Positions 1 to 11,535 of a DNA stretch of 64,000 nt are shown here, piece after piece. This DNA is from Octopus sinensis (lineage: Eukaryota). Location: positions 160,890,001-160,954,000 of the forward strand of contig NC_042998.1 of NCBI RefSeq assembly GCF_006345805.1. Direction: 5' to 3'. The stretch's first letter is position 1, and each line of letters starts with the position of its first letter. Under the pieces are notes generated by a model, which was given only the letters and a program-made list of their open reading frames with translations, searched no databases and was not told the origin of the DNA. The position numbers and the translations under genes are program-made.

Positions 1-158
1 GATCAACCCAAATATGCAACTGGTACTTAATTTATCAACCCAGAAAGGATGAAAGGCAAAGTTGACCTTGGCACAATTTGAATTCAGAACGTTAAGACAG
101 ACGAAATACTGCTAAGTATTTTGCCCAGCATGCTAACATTTCTGCCAGCTCGCCACCT
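1..158 (-). mobile_element. SINE family A copy (tRNA-like head, central GCCTTTCATCCTTT..GGGGTCGATAAA..AAGTACCAG block), truncated by the window edge
   Basis: Reverse complement matches the + copies at 21675-21887, 29779-29990 and 30003-30222. Confidence 0.85.
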
Positions 159-357
159 TACGAATGGGTAATATTGTTTGCTCATAGGAGTGTATATGTA
201 ATGGAAACAGTACTGTCAATCATCAAATATTTTACTCAAAAGAATTAAAAGTAATGTGTACTGTTGTAGCATTGAGTTCAAAATCAAGAAGAGTAACTTG
301 TCTGGTCTTCCACTACCTCAGCTCAGCTGTCTCCCATGTCTTGTACAATATAAATAG

Positions 358-816
358 TTAACTCTTTTGCTACCACATTTCTGTTGGAATACACTGCCTT
401 TGTTTCAATTAATTTTTAAAATCATATTTTTAAAATAATGAAGAATAGAGTAAAATAACTTTGTTATTATCAATCTGGATTTGAAACATAAATTACTATG
501 AAATAGTGGTTTAAAATTTTGGCATTAGGCCAGCAATTTCAGGGGAGGTGGTAAGTTCTCAACTGGTATTTATTTTATCAACTCCAAAAGGATGAAAGGC
601 AAAGTCGACCATATCAGAATTTGAACTCAGAACGTGAAAACAGGTGAAATGCCACTAAGCATTTTAAACATTAGTGTTCTAATGATTCTGTTGGCTCACC
701 ATCTGAAATTGCTTTGAAATATTGATGGAGAGTTTTTATTTAGATCACTTAAAAGTAAAAAATTTCTATGATAGAACCAGGGCTGACCAAAGTGGGTTTG
801 TACCAAAAGCATTTGA
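358..816. mobile_element. MITE-like remnant, possibly piggyBac-type (TTAA), interrupted by a SINE
   Basis: Begins TTAACTCTTTTG and ends ...ACCAAAAGCATTTGA (degenerate inverted termini). A SINE A copy sits inside it at 511-703. Confidence 0.4.
511..703 (-). mobile_element. SINE family A copy
   Basis: Contains GGATGAAAGGCAAAGTCGAC and GAATTTGAACTCAGAACGT, as in the other family A copies. Confidence 0.85.
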
Positions 817-941
817 CCTTAATTGAACTGTCAACATTATGTAGTATATATTCAGCTTAGTTGTTGCTGACAACAAACTGAAAATATATTTTTTTGACTC
901 CACTCCCTCTAAATAAATGTTGTCATGCCACTCCTCTACAG

Positions 942-1105
942 CAGTGCTCTACAACCTTTTTTCACTTGTGGTACACTTATTTTCTTTTCTAAATTCAGTG
1001 GCACACCTGAACTAAAAATATAAGTATAGGGAAAAAAATCACATTCATGTTACACCATGTCACACCAGTGTACTCTACAGCAAGAAACCTGTTCTGCACT
1101 GGCCA
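942..1105. mobile_element. Possible decayed hAT-type MITE
   Basis: Left end CAGTGCTCTACAACCTTTTT resembles hAT CAGTG termini; right end is only a weak ...CACTG match. Confidence 0.3.
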
Positions 1106-1149
1106 TTTTTCCATTACTTTATTACTTTCTACTCGATAGTAGTCTCTAA

Positions 1150-1370
1150 GCATAAAGTTCCCCTTCACCATCAGTCTTCAGAGTTTATAGTTTTGTGAGC
1201 TGTATGATAACCTCACTAATGCTGCTGGCATGAAAAAAAGCATCCAGTACACATTGCAAAGTGGTTGGCATTAGGAATGGCATCTAGTCATAGAAACCAT
1301 GCAGTGCTTGGCTCTGTTGAATCCTGTCAAACCATCAAACTCAAGTTAACACGTAACATGGACATTTAAT
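1150..1370 (+). mobile_element. Decayed family C repeat (RTE-tail type)
   Basis: GGTTGGCATTAGGAATGGCATC block shared with 18830-19282. Confidence 0.6.
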
Positions 1371-1392
1371 ATTAAAATCTATCTTTTATCTT

Positions 1393-1775
1393 TTACTTAT
1401 TTCTATCATTAGACTGTAGCCATGCTGGGGCACTGCCTTGAAGAAGTTTTAATCAAATGAATCGACTACAGTATTTATTTTTGTTTTTTAAACCTGGCAC
1501 TTAGTCAATTGGTTTCTTTTGCTGAACTGTTAAGTTATGGGGATGTATACACACCAGCACTGATTGTCAAGCTGTGAAGTGGGGGGAACAAACACAAAGA
1601 CACACACACATATATGACATGCTTCTTTCAGTTTCCATTTACCAAATCCTCTTACAAGGCTTTGGTCAGCCTGTGGCTATAGTAGAAGACACATGCCTAA
1701 AGTGCCATGCAGTGGGACTGAACCTGGAACCATGTGGTTGGGAAGCAAGCTTCTTACTACACAGCCACTCCTGCT
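1393..1775 (-). mobile_element. SINE family B copy (tRNA-derived head, internal microsatellite)
   Basis: Reverse complement of the 8650-9060 element along its full length. Confidence 0.9.
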
Positions 1776-2269
1776 GGTATTCAATTAAATTCAGTGATAT
1801 TTCTTATTGAGCTATATCTAATAATTTTTGTTTAAGGTTATTTACTTTTATATGGCCTATTCATATAAGATCTATTAATTATAATTTCTTAGCATTTTGA
1901 ACATAGACAAACTTCAGTCACTCTTGCACCTTTCTCTTTAAATCCCAAATTTTCAACCTTTTATTTACCTACAGAGAAATAAAAGCATTTATTGTCCTGG
2001 GACATTTCAAGATTGCTTCCAGGTTGAATTTTCTGGTTGAATTTCTGAATAAAAATGCATTTGTTGATTTTTTTTTCAATATAACACTGTATTTGAACCA
2101 GGAATCTTGTGGCTGTAAGTCTATCCTGTTTATTCATCTAGTGTCAGTGAGAGCCAGAGATCCATGACATATTCTTCCACTGCTAAAAGATGCCGGCAAA
2201 GACATTAAAGTAGTTATTTTCAGCTTCTCAGTGGGGTGATGTTTTCATACTACAAATGTTTGCCTCACA

Positions 2270-2371
2270 TATATATGTGTGTGTGGTTGTGTGTGAATGC
2301 ATTTATGTATGTGTATATATGTAAGTGGATATACATATATGTATGTCTGCATATACATACAAACATATATA

Positions 2372-2431
<60 letters not shown>

Positions 2432-2475
2432 GTGTGTGTGTATATATATATATATATATGTGTATGTATATATGT
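2270..2475. repeat. Compound (TG)n/(TA)n microsatellite
   Basis: Seen directly in the sequence. Confidence 0.95.
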
Positions 2476-3429
2476 AAGTTGAAACAAAACAAAACCAAAA
2501 GATAAGATATAATTACTGATTGTCAGTTGATTACACTATTGCTTTTAAAATGCATCAACTTCATGCTGAGCTGCTAGAGTTAACCATAGCTGCTGCCCTA
2601 AAAGATCAAGCCAAAATGGTGCTATCAAGTCCTTAGTAGTCAGTTCCGACCAAATAGCATCTTGTCAAGCCAGAATTACATAAACAGACATTATTATTTC
2701 TGTTAATAGTAACTGCACTGTGTGCTTTATCTAAAATGCTAGAATCTTAAAATAAAGCACTCAACGAAATGCTTAAACTCTACCTTGCATTGATTCAAAG
2801 TCTCTGTTGACCTTTTCAGTCATACTGGCTCCATCGTTTATGCTTGTCCTGATATTGCTACTGATGTGTCTCTTCATTGAGGAAATAATTGTGCTTATTT
2901 CCTTTAGAGACCTGTTAAAAATCTCTCAGTTGATATTTACTTCTTTCTTAATATTCAACAACTATTTTGCGAAAAATAAGTAACATTAGAAAAGAAGAAA
3001 AAAAAAAGAAAAATTAACCTAACTTTTGTCTCATAGAATTATCCATTCACTTTAATGGTATTTATATACAAATTATTAGGTGCAACTTGTTTCAGTAGCA
3101 TGTAATCTAAACTAGGAACAACTCCAGACAATGCTGCATATTATTAGTGACAAGTAAGAAATTAAAAACCAGTCTTGTGAGTGAAACTGTTACTAAAATA
3201 AGATGCTTTATATAGAAACCGTCTTTCTTTTCTTTCTTGGAGAAAAAAAGGAAGAGTAATAATAAGAAAAAGTGCAGATAAAAATATTTAAAAACTCATT
3301 TTAAATCATGTTGTTTAAAAACAAAATAGTTAACTAAAAACAAAGCAATTAATTTTGAGAGATGTTTAGAAGTTCCAACAAGATTTTAAAAAATGATTAC
3401 ATATATATTATGATAGCATAGGTAGATAG

Positions 3430-3606
3430 TTTAAAAGTTTATTCTTTTTTTAATCATTTATATTTCCAGTTCAATCCCACTGTGTAGCAGTCACTTTCAG
3501 CACATATCTTTCACTATAGCATTGGGTTGACTAATAACTTTAGAGTAGAATGTGATTGATAGAAACTGTGCAGAAAATTGTCATGTGTGTGTGTATATGT
3601 GTGTGC

Positions 3607-3645
<39 letters not shown>

Positions 3646-3842
3646 GCTACCCTTTCACCAACCCCAAAACAAGTTGTGCCCATTGTTTTTTTAATTATAA
3701 ACTTTGCAGTTCAATAAATAAAAATTTATAATATATTGATACCTGGCTGAAACCAGTACCAGGGTCATTATGTTCAACTAAAATCTTTGAAGGTGGTAAT
3801 GTAGCATGGCCTGAGTCCAGTTGCTGAAAATAGTAAAAGAAT
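3430..3842 (+). mobile_element. Decayed SINE family B copy with expanded (TG)n
   Basis: Degenerate head (TTCAATCCCACTG), central (TG)n at about 3585-3642, tail AGCATGGCC...CTGAAAATAGTAAAAGA. Confidence 0.6.
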
Positions 3843-3954
3843 TTTTAAAGCACCTTATTTTTATTTCTCACAAAAAATTCCATTTGAGGCCAGACTATTT
3901 CACTGGTTGAATGGTCTGATTTTAAATAAGCATCAAATTTAATATATTAGTTCA

Positions 3955-4200
3955 TATATGTTCATATACATGTGCATATATATTTACACACATCCACATA
4001 TATATATGGGCATGTGTGTGTGTGGTATAGGTATATGTATATATGTCTCTCACTTTCTCTCTTTCTTTCTCTCTCTCCCTCTCTCTCTGGTATGTGTGTA
4101 TGTATGTATATATATGTATATATATATATATATATATATTATAATATATATATATATATATATATAATATATATATATTATATATATATATATGTATATC
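3955..4200. repeat. Compound (TA)n/(TC)n/(TG)n microsatellite
   Basis: Seen directly in the sequence. Confidence 0.95.
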
Positions 4201-4585
4201 ATCATCATCGTTTAATGTCCGCTTTCCATGCTAGCATGGGTTGGACAATTTGACTGAGGACTGGTGAACCAGATGGCTGCACTAGGCTCCAATATAATCT
4301 GGCAGAGTTTCTAGGGCTGGATGCCCTTCCTAACGCCAACCACTCCGGGAGTGTAGTGGGTACTTTTACATGCCACCGGCACGAGGACCAGTCAGGCAGT
4401 ACTGGCAATGGCCACAAAAAAAAAACTTTTTTTTTTTTTTACATGTCACCTGCACACCGGCACAAGTACCAGTAAGGTGACGCTGGTAACGATCACACTC
4501 GAATTCGAATGGTGCTTTTTACATGCCACTGGCATGAATGAACGCCAATTAGCCGCACTGGCAACGATCATGCTTGGATGGTGCT
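4198..4585 (-). mobile_element. Family C repeat (RTE-type (GAT)n tail, internal ~55-bp subrepeats)
   Basis: Reverse complement of 18830-19282; (CAT)n tail at the left end. Confidence 0.85.
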
Positions 4586-5076
4586 GAAATATAAAACAAG
4601 GTGGAAAATATAAAACTTAAATATGAAACAAGGTGGACAAAATAATACTGAAATACTGAAGGTAGAGTAATATGTTTTATTACTCTAACTCCAGTATTTC
4701 AGTACTATTTTTTTTTTTTTTGGCTGTGATATTTTATAAGATTCAGGTAAAATCTTGTAGAATGCTATGCAAAGCTTGTCCTCAGTTATTGGCAACCTGA
4801 TGTCATCATACAGTGGAAATGCTCCTGCTACTGGACATATAGGAATTTCATAGTATCCATAAAGTTAATATAATCAGATAAATGATAGAAAAGAGAATGA
4901 ATAACAATATTTAAATCTATGAGAATTGTTTTGACTCATTTTTACACCCAGGTACATCAGTGAAATGTTGGGTAATTTTTATCATGCATCCAAGATGTAA
5001 TATGTGCCTTTTCAGGTGATTGTTGAAATAAGTCTTTCCTTAGATACTGTCATTTTCTATCATCTGTCTGCCTCTC

Positions 5077-5118
5077 TATCTATCTATCTATCTATATATC
5101 TATCTATCTATCTATCTA
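5077..5118. repeat. (TATC)n microsatellite, 5' flank of the Tx1 element
   Basis: Seen directly in the sequence. Confidence 0.95.
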
Positions 5119-7705
5119 GCAGTAAGAGCAGTAAAAGCAGAAGCGATTAGGTACAGCAAAGCACTAGCCATAGATAGAAATAGAGTAGAGGGTGAGCTAG
5201 TTAAGAAGCTAGAAGAGGCAATTAGAAGCGGCATCGCATCCGACGTTTTGGCGGCGAGGTTGGCCCTCGACCAACACTTCAACGCCAAACACGAAGGATG
5301 TGCTGTCAGAGCTAGGATGCGTGCTCTAAGGAACGAAGGTGTTGGAGCCGCGAGAGAGGCCCGGGTGGCAGAGGCGCAACAGGGCAACAAAGCCACCATT
5401 CGGTCACTGGTAGATGAACAGGGGCGCGAATTGCTCGAGCCAAGTAAAATGTGTGAGGCCTTTCAGCAGCATTTTGCCCGACTGTTCGGGACGAGTGGAG
5501 GGCAAGAACGTAGGGTAGACTTCAGTGCCTACCTACATAGCCTGCCACGACTCTCGACAAGAAAGGCAGGGTGCTGCGAAGGTGCCATCACGGCGGCGGA
5601 AGTGCGGGAAGCGATGGCAGAATGCTCGAGGGACAAATCACCGGGTTTGGATGGTCTACCCTACGAATTTTACTATTGTATGCCAGACTTGTTTGGAGAC
5701 GTCTTGGCAGCGGTATACTGCAACTGGCAGCAAAACGGGAGCATACCCGGTTTTGTGAGTCGAGGAGCTGTAACTCTGCTGAAGAAAGATCCAAACAAGG
5801 GAAACATTATAGATAACTTTAGGCCAATCACTCTGCTCAATGCAGACCTGAAAATTTTGACAAAGGTGTTAGCCAAGAGGTTGGCGCTTGTCATGGAGAA
5901 ACTGGTCGACAACGCACAAACGTGCGCCGTGCCGGGCCGGAGCATCCATGACAACCTCCATCTGATGCGCTACATCATAGACAGGGTAGTTAACGAACCT
6001 GGCATGGGTGGGGCCCTGATCAACTTGGATCAATCGAAAGCCTTTGATAGGGTAGACCATCGATACTTGGAGGCAGTCCTGAGAGCGGCTGGTTCGGTCC
6101 CGTCTTCCGCGGCTGGATAGCTGCCTTGTACAGAGGCATCCGCTCGGTAATTCGCGTAAATGGACATCTATCGAGACCCTTCGACATTGCACGTTCGGTC
6201 CGTCAGGGATGCCCCCTCTCGGCGCTTCTATACGTATTGACTCTTGAGCCACTACTGCGGAAGCTGGCGACTCTGAGGGGCATCCCGCGAGAATTAGGAT
6301 GCGGGACGAGCGTGTCTGCATACGCGGACGACGTCACCGTCATAGTGTCAAGCCACGAGCACATCGAGCGGGTCGGCGAGACACTGAAAGACTACGAAGC
6401 GGTGACAGGAGCAAAAATCAACCGGGAAAAGTCAGTGGGCTTGCGGCTCGGCACCTGGAGAAGCAAACCCATGCCGTCCACCAGTACCTCCGTCGTGGGA
6501 CGCTGGACAGACGGCCCGGTTGAGTTGCTCGGGGTCTGGTTCGGTCCGGACCTCCAAATGGAGAAGAACTGGAACGAGATAACGAGTAGGGTGGTCACTC
6601 TCGCCCAGCAATGGGCCAAGAGGAAACTGTCCCTAAAAGGTCGGGCGGAGGTGGTGAACGCGTACATCGCGTCCATCATCTACTACCGCCTGACCGTCGT
6701 ACCTTGTCCCGACCCTACCATCACCAAACTAGAACGCATCCTCTTCCGCTTCTTGTGGAAAGGATGCGTCCCGATGGTCAGGCGATCCATTTGCTGTCAA
6801 CACCCGTTAAAAGGAGGGCTGGGCATGCCGTGGTTGATGATGCGCAGACACGCGCTGAGACTGCGACATCTCCGGCTCTATGTAGACGACGGTGAACAGG
6901 TGTGGTCGCCGTTTGTGAGGCACGCATTCCCGCAACTCGTCTCCATGACCGAACTACAGTCGTGGATCAAAAAGAGGCCGAAGAAGGGCGAATGGCACCG
7001 CGAGTGTCGCGTTGCTCTCAAGCAACTCTGCCGTCCCGGGTCGACCTTGAGTGACTTCAACACAACCAAAGCATTCTATAGGGGATTAGTGGAGGGGAGG
7101 TACGACGACGAGCTCGGGGCAAACCTGGGCGTCGACGAGGAATACCTGACCCGCCTGTTTCAAACGACTTTCGGCCCGGGACCTATGGACAACTTCCAGA
7201 GATCCCTGGCCTGGCGGTGCTACCGAGAAGCGCTACCCGTTCGGGATAAGCTCTATAGGCATGGCTCGAGAAACACGGGGCCGACCTGCCCGAGATGCGG
7301 GAGAGCGACGAAACCGCTCTGCACGCAATCGTGCAGTGTCCAGCAATTTCCCACCTGTGGGCTTATGTCGAACGACTGCTGTCACGTGTGGGACGTGTCG
7401 GTTTATCAGCCGAGTCTATCGTTAATATCGTCACGCCTCCTTCCTTCAAACGGGAAGGAAGAGCTATTTTTATCATACTTGTGGCTATGGCGAAAGAATG
7501 TATCTGGTGGACGCGTCTGAAAGGATTAGAGACAAACACTTTCCTCTCTGGTCAATCTCTCATCAACTTCTTCAAGTATCACTTGAAGAAAAAAGTGAGA
7601 GTAGAGAGGCAAGTTTTGTCTAGTGAATGTTTTAAAAAAAGATGGGTGAATGTAGCAAGGATGGCACGTATGAATGACGAAGCCACCTTGACTATGATTC
7701 TATGA
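5119..7705 (+). pseudogene. Tx1 ORF2 remnant (linker, reverse transcriptase, zinc knuckle) with two 1-nt deletions
   Basis: ORFs 5248-6120, 6126-7520 and 7295-7705 join into one protein if one base is restored at about 6093 (AAG-FGPVFRGWIAALY) and one at about 7300 (CPRCG-xSDETALH). The frame is open back to the TATC run. Confidence 0.9.
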
Positions 7706-8123
7706 ACTGTAAAAATTAATACAGAGAGTTGCTTATTTGCAAAAAAAAAAAAAAAAAAAGAAATATAACATGTGACTTCATTGACCGAGGTTACCGTGGT
7801 CTTTTCCGTAGGCTTTTCTTTCCACGGGTAAACCTCACCTGTCCCCCCCTTTACACTTCATATTGACATTTCTGTGATAACGATCCCTATTGATCAATTT
7901 TTTTCCTCTCCCCCTTTTTTTTGTCCTCTTTCTCTCCTTTTACGATCCCTTTTGATCGACCCCCCCTTTTTTATTTTATTTTTATTTTATTTTATTTTTT
8001 TCTTATTTTTTATTTAAAAAAATTTTTTTTTTATTTTTTATTTTTTTTAAACCTTCAAAAGAAAAGCTCTACCTTGTAATTTGTTCTATCTGTGTGCAGC
8101 CCTGTGTGGCTAATAAAGAAACA
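5119..8123 (+). mobile_element. 5'-truncated Tx1-clade (L1 group) non-LTR retrotransposon
   Basis: GC-rich island with RT motifs (KSPGLDG, FRPITLLN.D.KI, DQSKAFDRVDH, VRQGCPLS, YADD at about 6321-6332) and a C-terminal CCHC knuckle (CPRC...H...C). T-rich 3' UTR ends AATAAAGAAACA, then (TATC)n. No endonuclease domain is present. Confidence 0.9.
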
Positions 8124-8191
8124 TATCTATCTATCTATCTATTTATCTGTCTGTCTATCTATCTGTCTGTCTATCTGTCTGTCTGTTTGTC

Positions 8192-8276
<85 letters not shown>

Positions 8277-8277
8277 A
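8124..8277. repeat. (TATC)n grading into (TGTC)n and (TG)n, 3' flank of the Tx1 element
   Basis: Seen directly in the sequence. Confidence 0.95.
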
Positions 8278-8649
8278 CAAAAGAAAATAGATCTATTTTA
8301 GTAAGCATATCTCTTTTAGAAGTCAATTCTTTGGTAAACCTAATTTTTCTTATTTACATTTATATTTTTTCTTATTCTTTGATTCTTTTGTGTTTTTTCT
8401 TTGAAACTTTTTTTAATTTTTATTTTTTTGTAGTTATCTGCTGCTTCTTTCCCTGAAATTATATTGTTCTATGGGTATTGCTTCCTTAAATCAAACCATA
8501 TATGGTAACCTGCTGAAAACATTTATAGTCTGTGTTGGGTCATCTTGTTTTCTGTGATAGACATGATGTTATGAACTGCCATGAATCATTCTGAAGATTA
8601 GTCGGTAAGTTAAATTTTTCAGCACACTATATATATGTGTGTACATATA

Positions 8650-8820
8650 GGCGCAGGAGTGGCTGTGTGGTAAGTAGCTTGCTAACCAATCACATGGTTC
8701 CGGGTTCAGTCCCACTGCGTGGCATCTTGGGTAAGTGTCTTCTGCTATAGCCCTGGGCCGACCAATGCCTTGTGAGTGGATTTGGTAGACAGAAACTGAA
8801 AGAAGCCCGTCATATATATG

Positions 8821-8868
<48 letters not shown>

Positions 8869-9060
8869 TCCCTCTAGCATTGCTTGACAACCGATGCTGG
8901 TGTGTTTACGTCCCCGTCACTTAGCGGTTTGGCAAAAGAGACCGATAGAATAAGTACTGGGCTTACAAAGAATAAGTCCCGGGGTTGATTTGCTCGACTA
9001 AAGGTGGTGCTCCAGCATGGCCACAGTCAAATGACTGAAACAAGTAAAAGAGTAAGAGTA
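8650..9060 (+). mobile_element. Full-length SINE family B copy (tRNA-derived)
   Basis: Head GGCGCAGGAGTGGCTGTGTGGTAAG with B-box-like GGTTCAGTCCC, internal (TA)/(TG) tract, (AAGAGT) tail. Multiple copies in the window. Confidence 0.92.
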
Positions 9061-10295
9061 AATATATATATATATTTATATGTATATCTGATATATTTGT
9101 GAATGCACTAAGAAGATTATGAAACAGCTGTAAACAAATGGAATAAATATCTGTTCTCTCCCCTTACTTCTCTTATCTGCTTTATTCATATATGTAACTC
9201 TGCATGTATATGCTAACAACTCTATAGTACCATTTTGGGTTGATTGTTCAGAACTGCAGCTATGGTTAATTCAGATCTGTGTGAATGAATGTTAATAAAA
9301 TTACTTGACTGGATCTCTGTGATAGTGTGTCAATATACATATTTGCACCCTTTGATCTATAATATAAACTCATCTGGTTTAAAGTCTTATATTCTAATTA
9401 TTATAGCTATGGTGATGCAAACAGGAAAAATGGAACTCAAAATGTGAGCACATGTATATTTTTATTAATGTTTAGAAGTAACAGAGTGACTCAAGAGCCT
9501 AGAGTTTTGTGCATTGGCACTTATCAAACTAGTTACAGATTGAAGAGTTGTGGATTTATACAGCTGGTGAAAAATTATATTTTCTTGGGTTATTCTAGAA
9601 TGAATTTTAAAATCTTTTAATTATTATAAATCTAGTTGAGAACCCTTTGCTATGCTATGTTCCAAATACCATATTAATAGAGGCAGAGTTAGCTATATTA
9701 CTAAACACTTTCAGATTCTTGAATATTTTCAAACTTCATTGAAACATATGGGCAGTATTTCATTAGAAGTATAATAAGAAAAAAGGTTAGAATAAAGTTC
9801 AGAGATCTATTTGTCTGTGAGTATATAGAAATAACATACTTCAAGATTTTCAAATCAGTGCTTAAAAGAGGGAAAAAAAAGACGATGTTAGGAGATTATA
9901 AAGTTACTACAAATGTCAGTCTCAACAGAGGCTTAATCAAAATGTTGCACCTGTGACAAACTCCAGTTACTGGATAAGTTTCATTGAATTGAGTTGTAAA
10001 CCTCAATGAATTGGGCTGGAATATATTAATATTAATAAAAAGAATACAATTCAAATATTTTCTCGCATCAGATGATGTTGAAAGTAATATCTAATATTGT
10101 GACTTTATATTTAATCTTATACTTCAATTAATTTACAGGGAAAATTTGAGATTGGAGATTTCCCATTTCAAAAAAGAAAAAGAAAAAAAAAACAGAACAA
10201 AGAGGAAAACAAAAACTAAAGCACATTATACTGAAAACTTTTCTGTGTTTTCATTTATATATATGTGTTGTGTGTTTTCATTTATATATATGTGT

Positions 10296-10331
<36 letters not shown>

Positions 10332-10523
10332 TATGTGTGTGTGTGTGTGTGTGGTGTGTGTGTGTGTGTGTGCATGAGAGAGGGAGAGATACAAACAGAG
10401 TGAATGAGAGAGCATGCAAAGATATATATATGTACATCTGTCTATCTATCTATCAATCTTTCTTTTCTCTCACTCACTCCTTTCCTTCTCTCACTCTATA
10501 TCTATTTATATATATATATATAG

Positions 10524-10548
<25 letters not shown>

Positions 10549-10555
<7 letters not shown>

Positions 10556-10710
10556 GCATGGCTGTGTGGTAAGAATCTTACTTCTCAATCTCATGGTCTA
10601 GATTCAGTCTCACTATGTGACACCTTGAGTAAGTGTCTCCTGCTACAACCTTGAGCTGACCAAAGCCTTGTGAGGCGATTTGGTAGATGGAAACTGAAAG
10701 AAACCTTTTG
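10549..10710 (+). mobile_element. SINE family B head fragment
   Basis: Similar to 8650-8810. Confidence 0.8.
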
Positions 10711-10718
10711 TATATATA

Positions 10719-10945
10719 TTGGGCTGGAACATAATTATTGCAGCTTTTTTTAACGAATTTTATTCAACAAAAACAATAACAATATTTAACAAAAACATCT
10801 TTAAATGATGATCTGACCATCTGCCAAGAAAATGGGAAGCAGTAATTGAAGTAGATGGGGAATATGCTCCAGAATAATCATTTAAAGATGCTTTTGTTAC
10901 ATGTTGTCATTGCTTTTGTTAAATAAAATTTGTTGAAAAAGTCAC
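10719..10945 (+). mobile_element. Mariner-derived non-autonomous element with long inverted arms and a transposase C-terminal remnant
   Basis: 10821-10877 encodes LPRKWEAVIEVDGEYAPE*, like a mariner C-terminus. Inverted blocks at 10790-10815 and 10870-10896. TA run at the left end. Confidence 0.7.
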
Positions 10946-10974
10946 TATTGCAACTTTTTCAACAAAATTTAGAA

Positions 10975-11535
10975 ATTTGATAGAAATTTTTGTGGTTATT
11001 ACAGTTGGTAATTGTAAAAGTATTAGATAATTGTTGTTAAGTTTGCTAAGTGAAGAGCTATCATGCTTGTTGTTAGTAAAGGGTTTATTTATAGTTGGGT
11101 TAGGGGCAAGATGTTGTCATGTTTAGATGTTGGAGAAATTTATAGGTTTGTAATGAGTTTAGAACAATTTGTGTTTGCGCATAGACTAATGGATCAGAAT
11201 TTGGAAATTAAAGAAGAAATTTGGTGGAATTCAGTAGTACAAAGTTGGTAAGGCTTGTTCTTTGCTTGGAATAATTATGCATGAGAAAATTACTACTTTC
11301 TAATTAATGCTAAAAGCTGGATTTTATATAGTTAGTGTCCATATATGTTTAGATAGTGAAGCAGCATCTTTTCCTGTTTGGTTTATGAAAAGTGGGTGTT
11401 GGTTGTTTGTATACTGGTTGTAGCTTTGGTTGTAGTGTTTGTGGTTACAGTTGCACTATATGTAATGTTACTCGTAAAGCAATTTACATTTAGAGAGCAA
11501 GATAAATAGGTGTTGCAGTTGCAATTGAGTGTAGG
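10975..11535 (-). mobile_element. Penelope-like element remnant, GIY-YIG end
   Basis: Minus strand reads NCNCNTYLSCSLNVNCFTSNITYSATVTT...ASLSKHIWTL, matching the Cys-rich linker and GIY-YIG pattern of Penelope-like elements. Confidence 0.7.

Noticed and set aside
2236-2505. ORFs rich in Y/I/C/V/H/T (also at 3958-4253, 8092-8456, 10146-10654, 17983-18309, 38311-38508, 40639-41085, 48114-48401, 50062-50453)
   Set aside because: These are translations of (TA)n, (TG)n and (CA)n microsatellites, which lack stop codons in some frames.
4205-4417. Near-identical ORFs at 4205-4417 and 19063-19272
   Set aside because: Both lie in copies of the same family C repeat; not a gene family.
5112-7069. Overlapping and antisense ORFs within the LINE
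   Set aside because: Shadow frames of GC-rich RT coding sequence; no recognisable motifs.
8650-8725. tRNA-like A/B boxes
   Set aside because: SINE head; no complete cloverleaf, and it continues into the SINE body.
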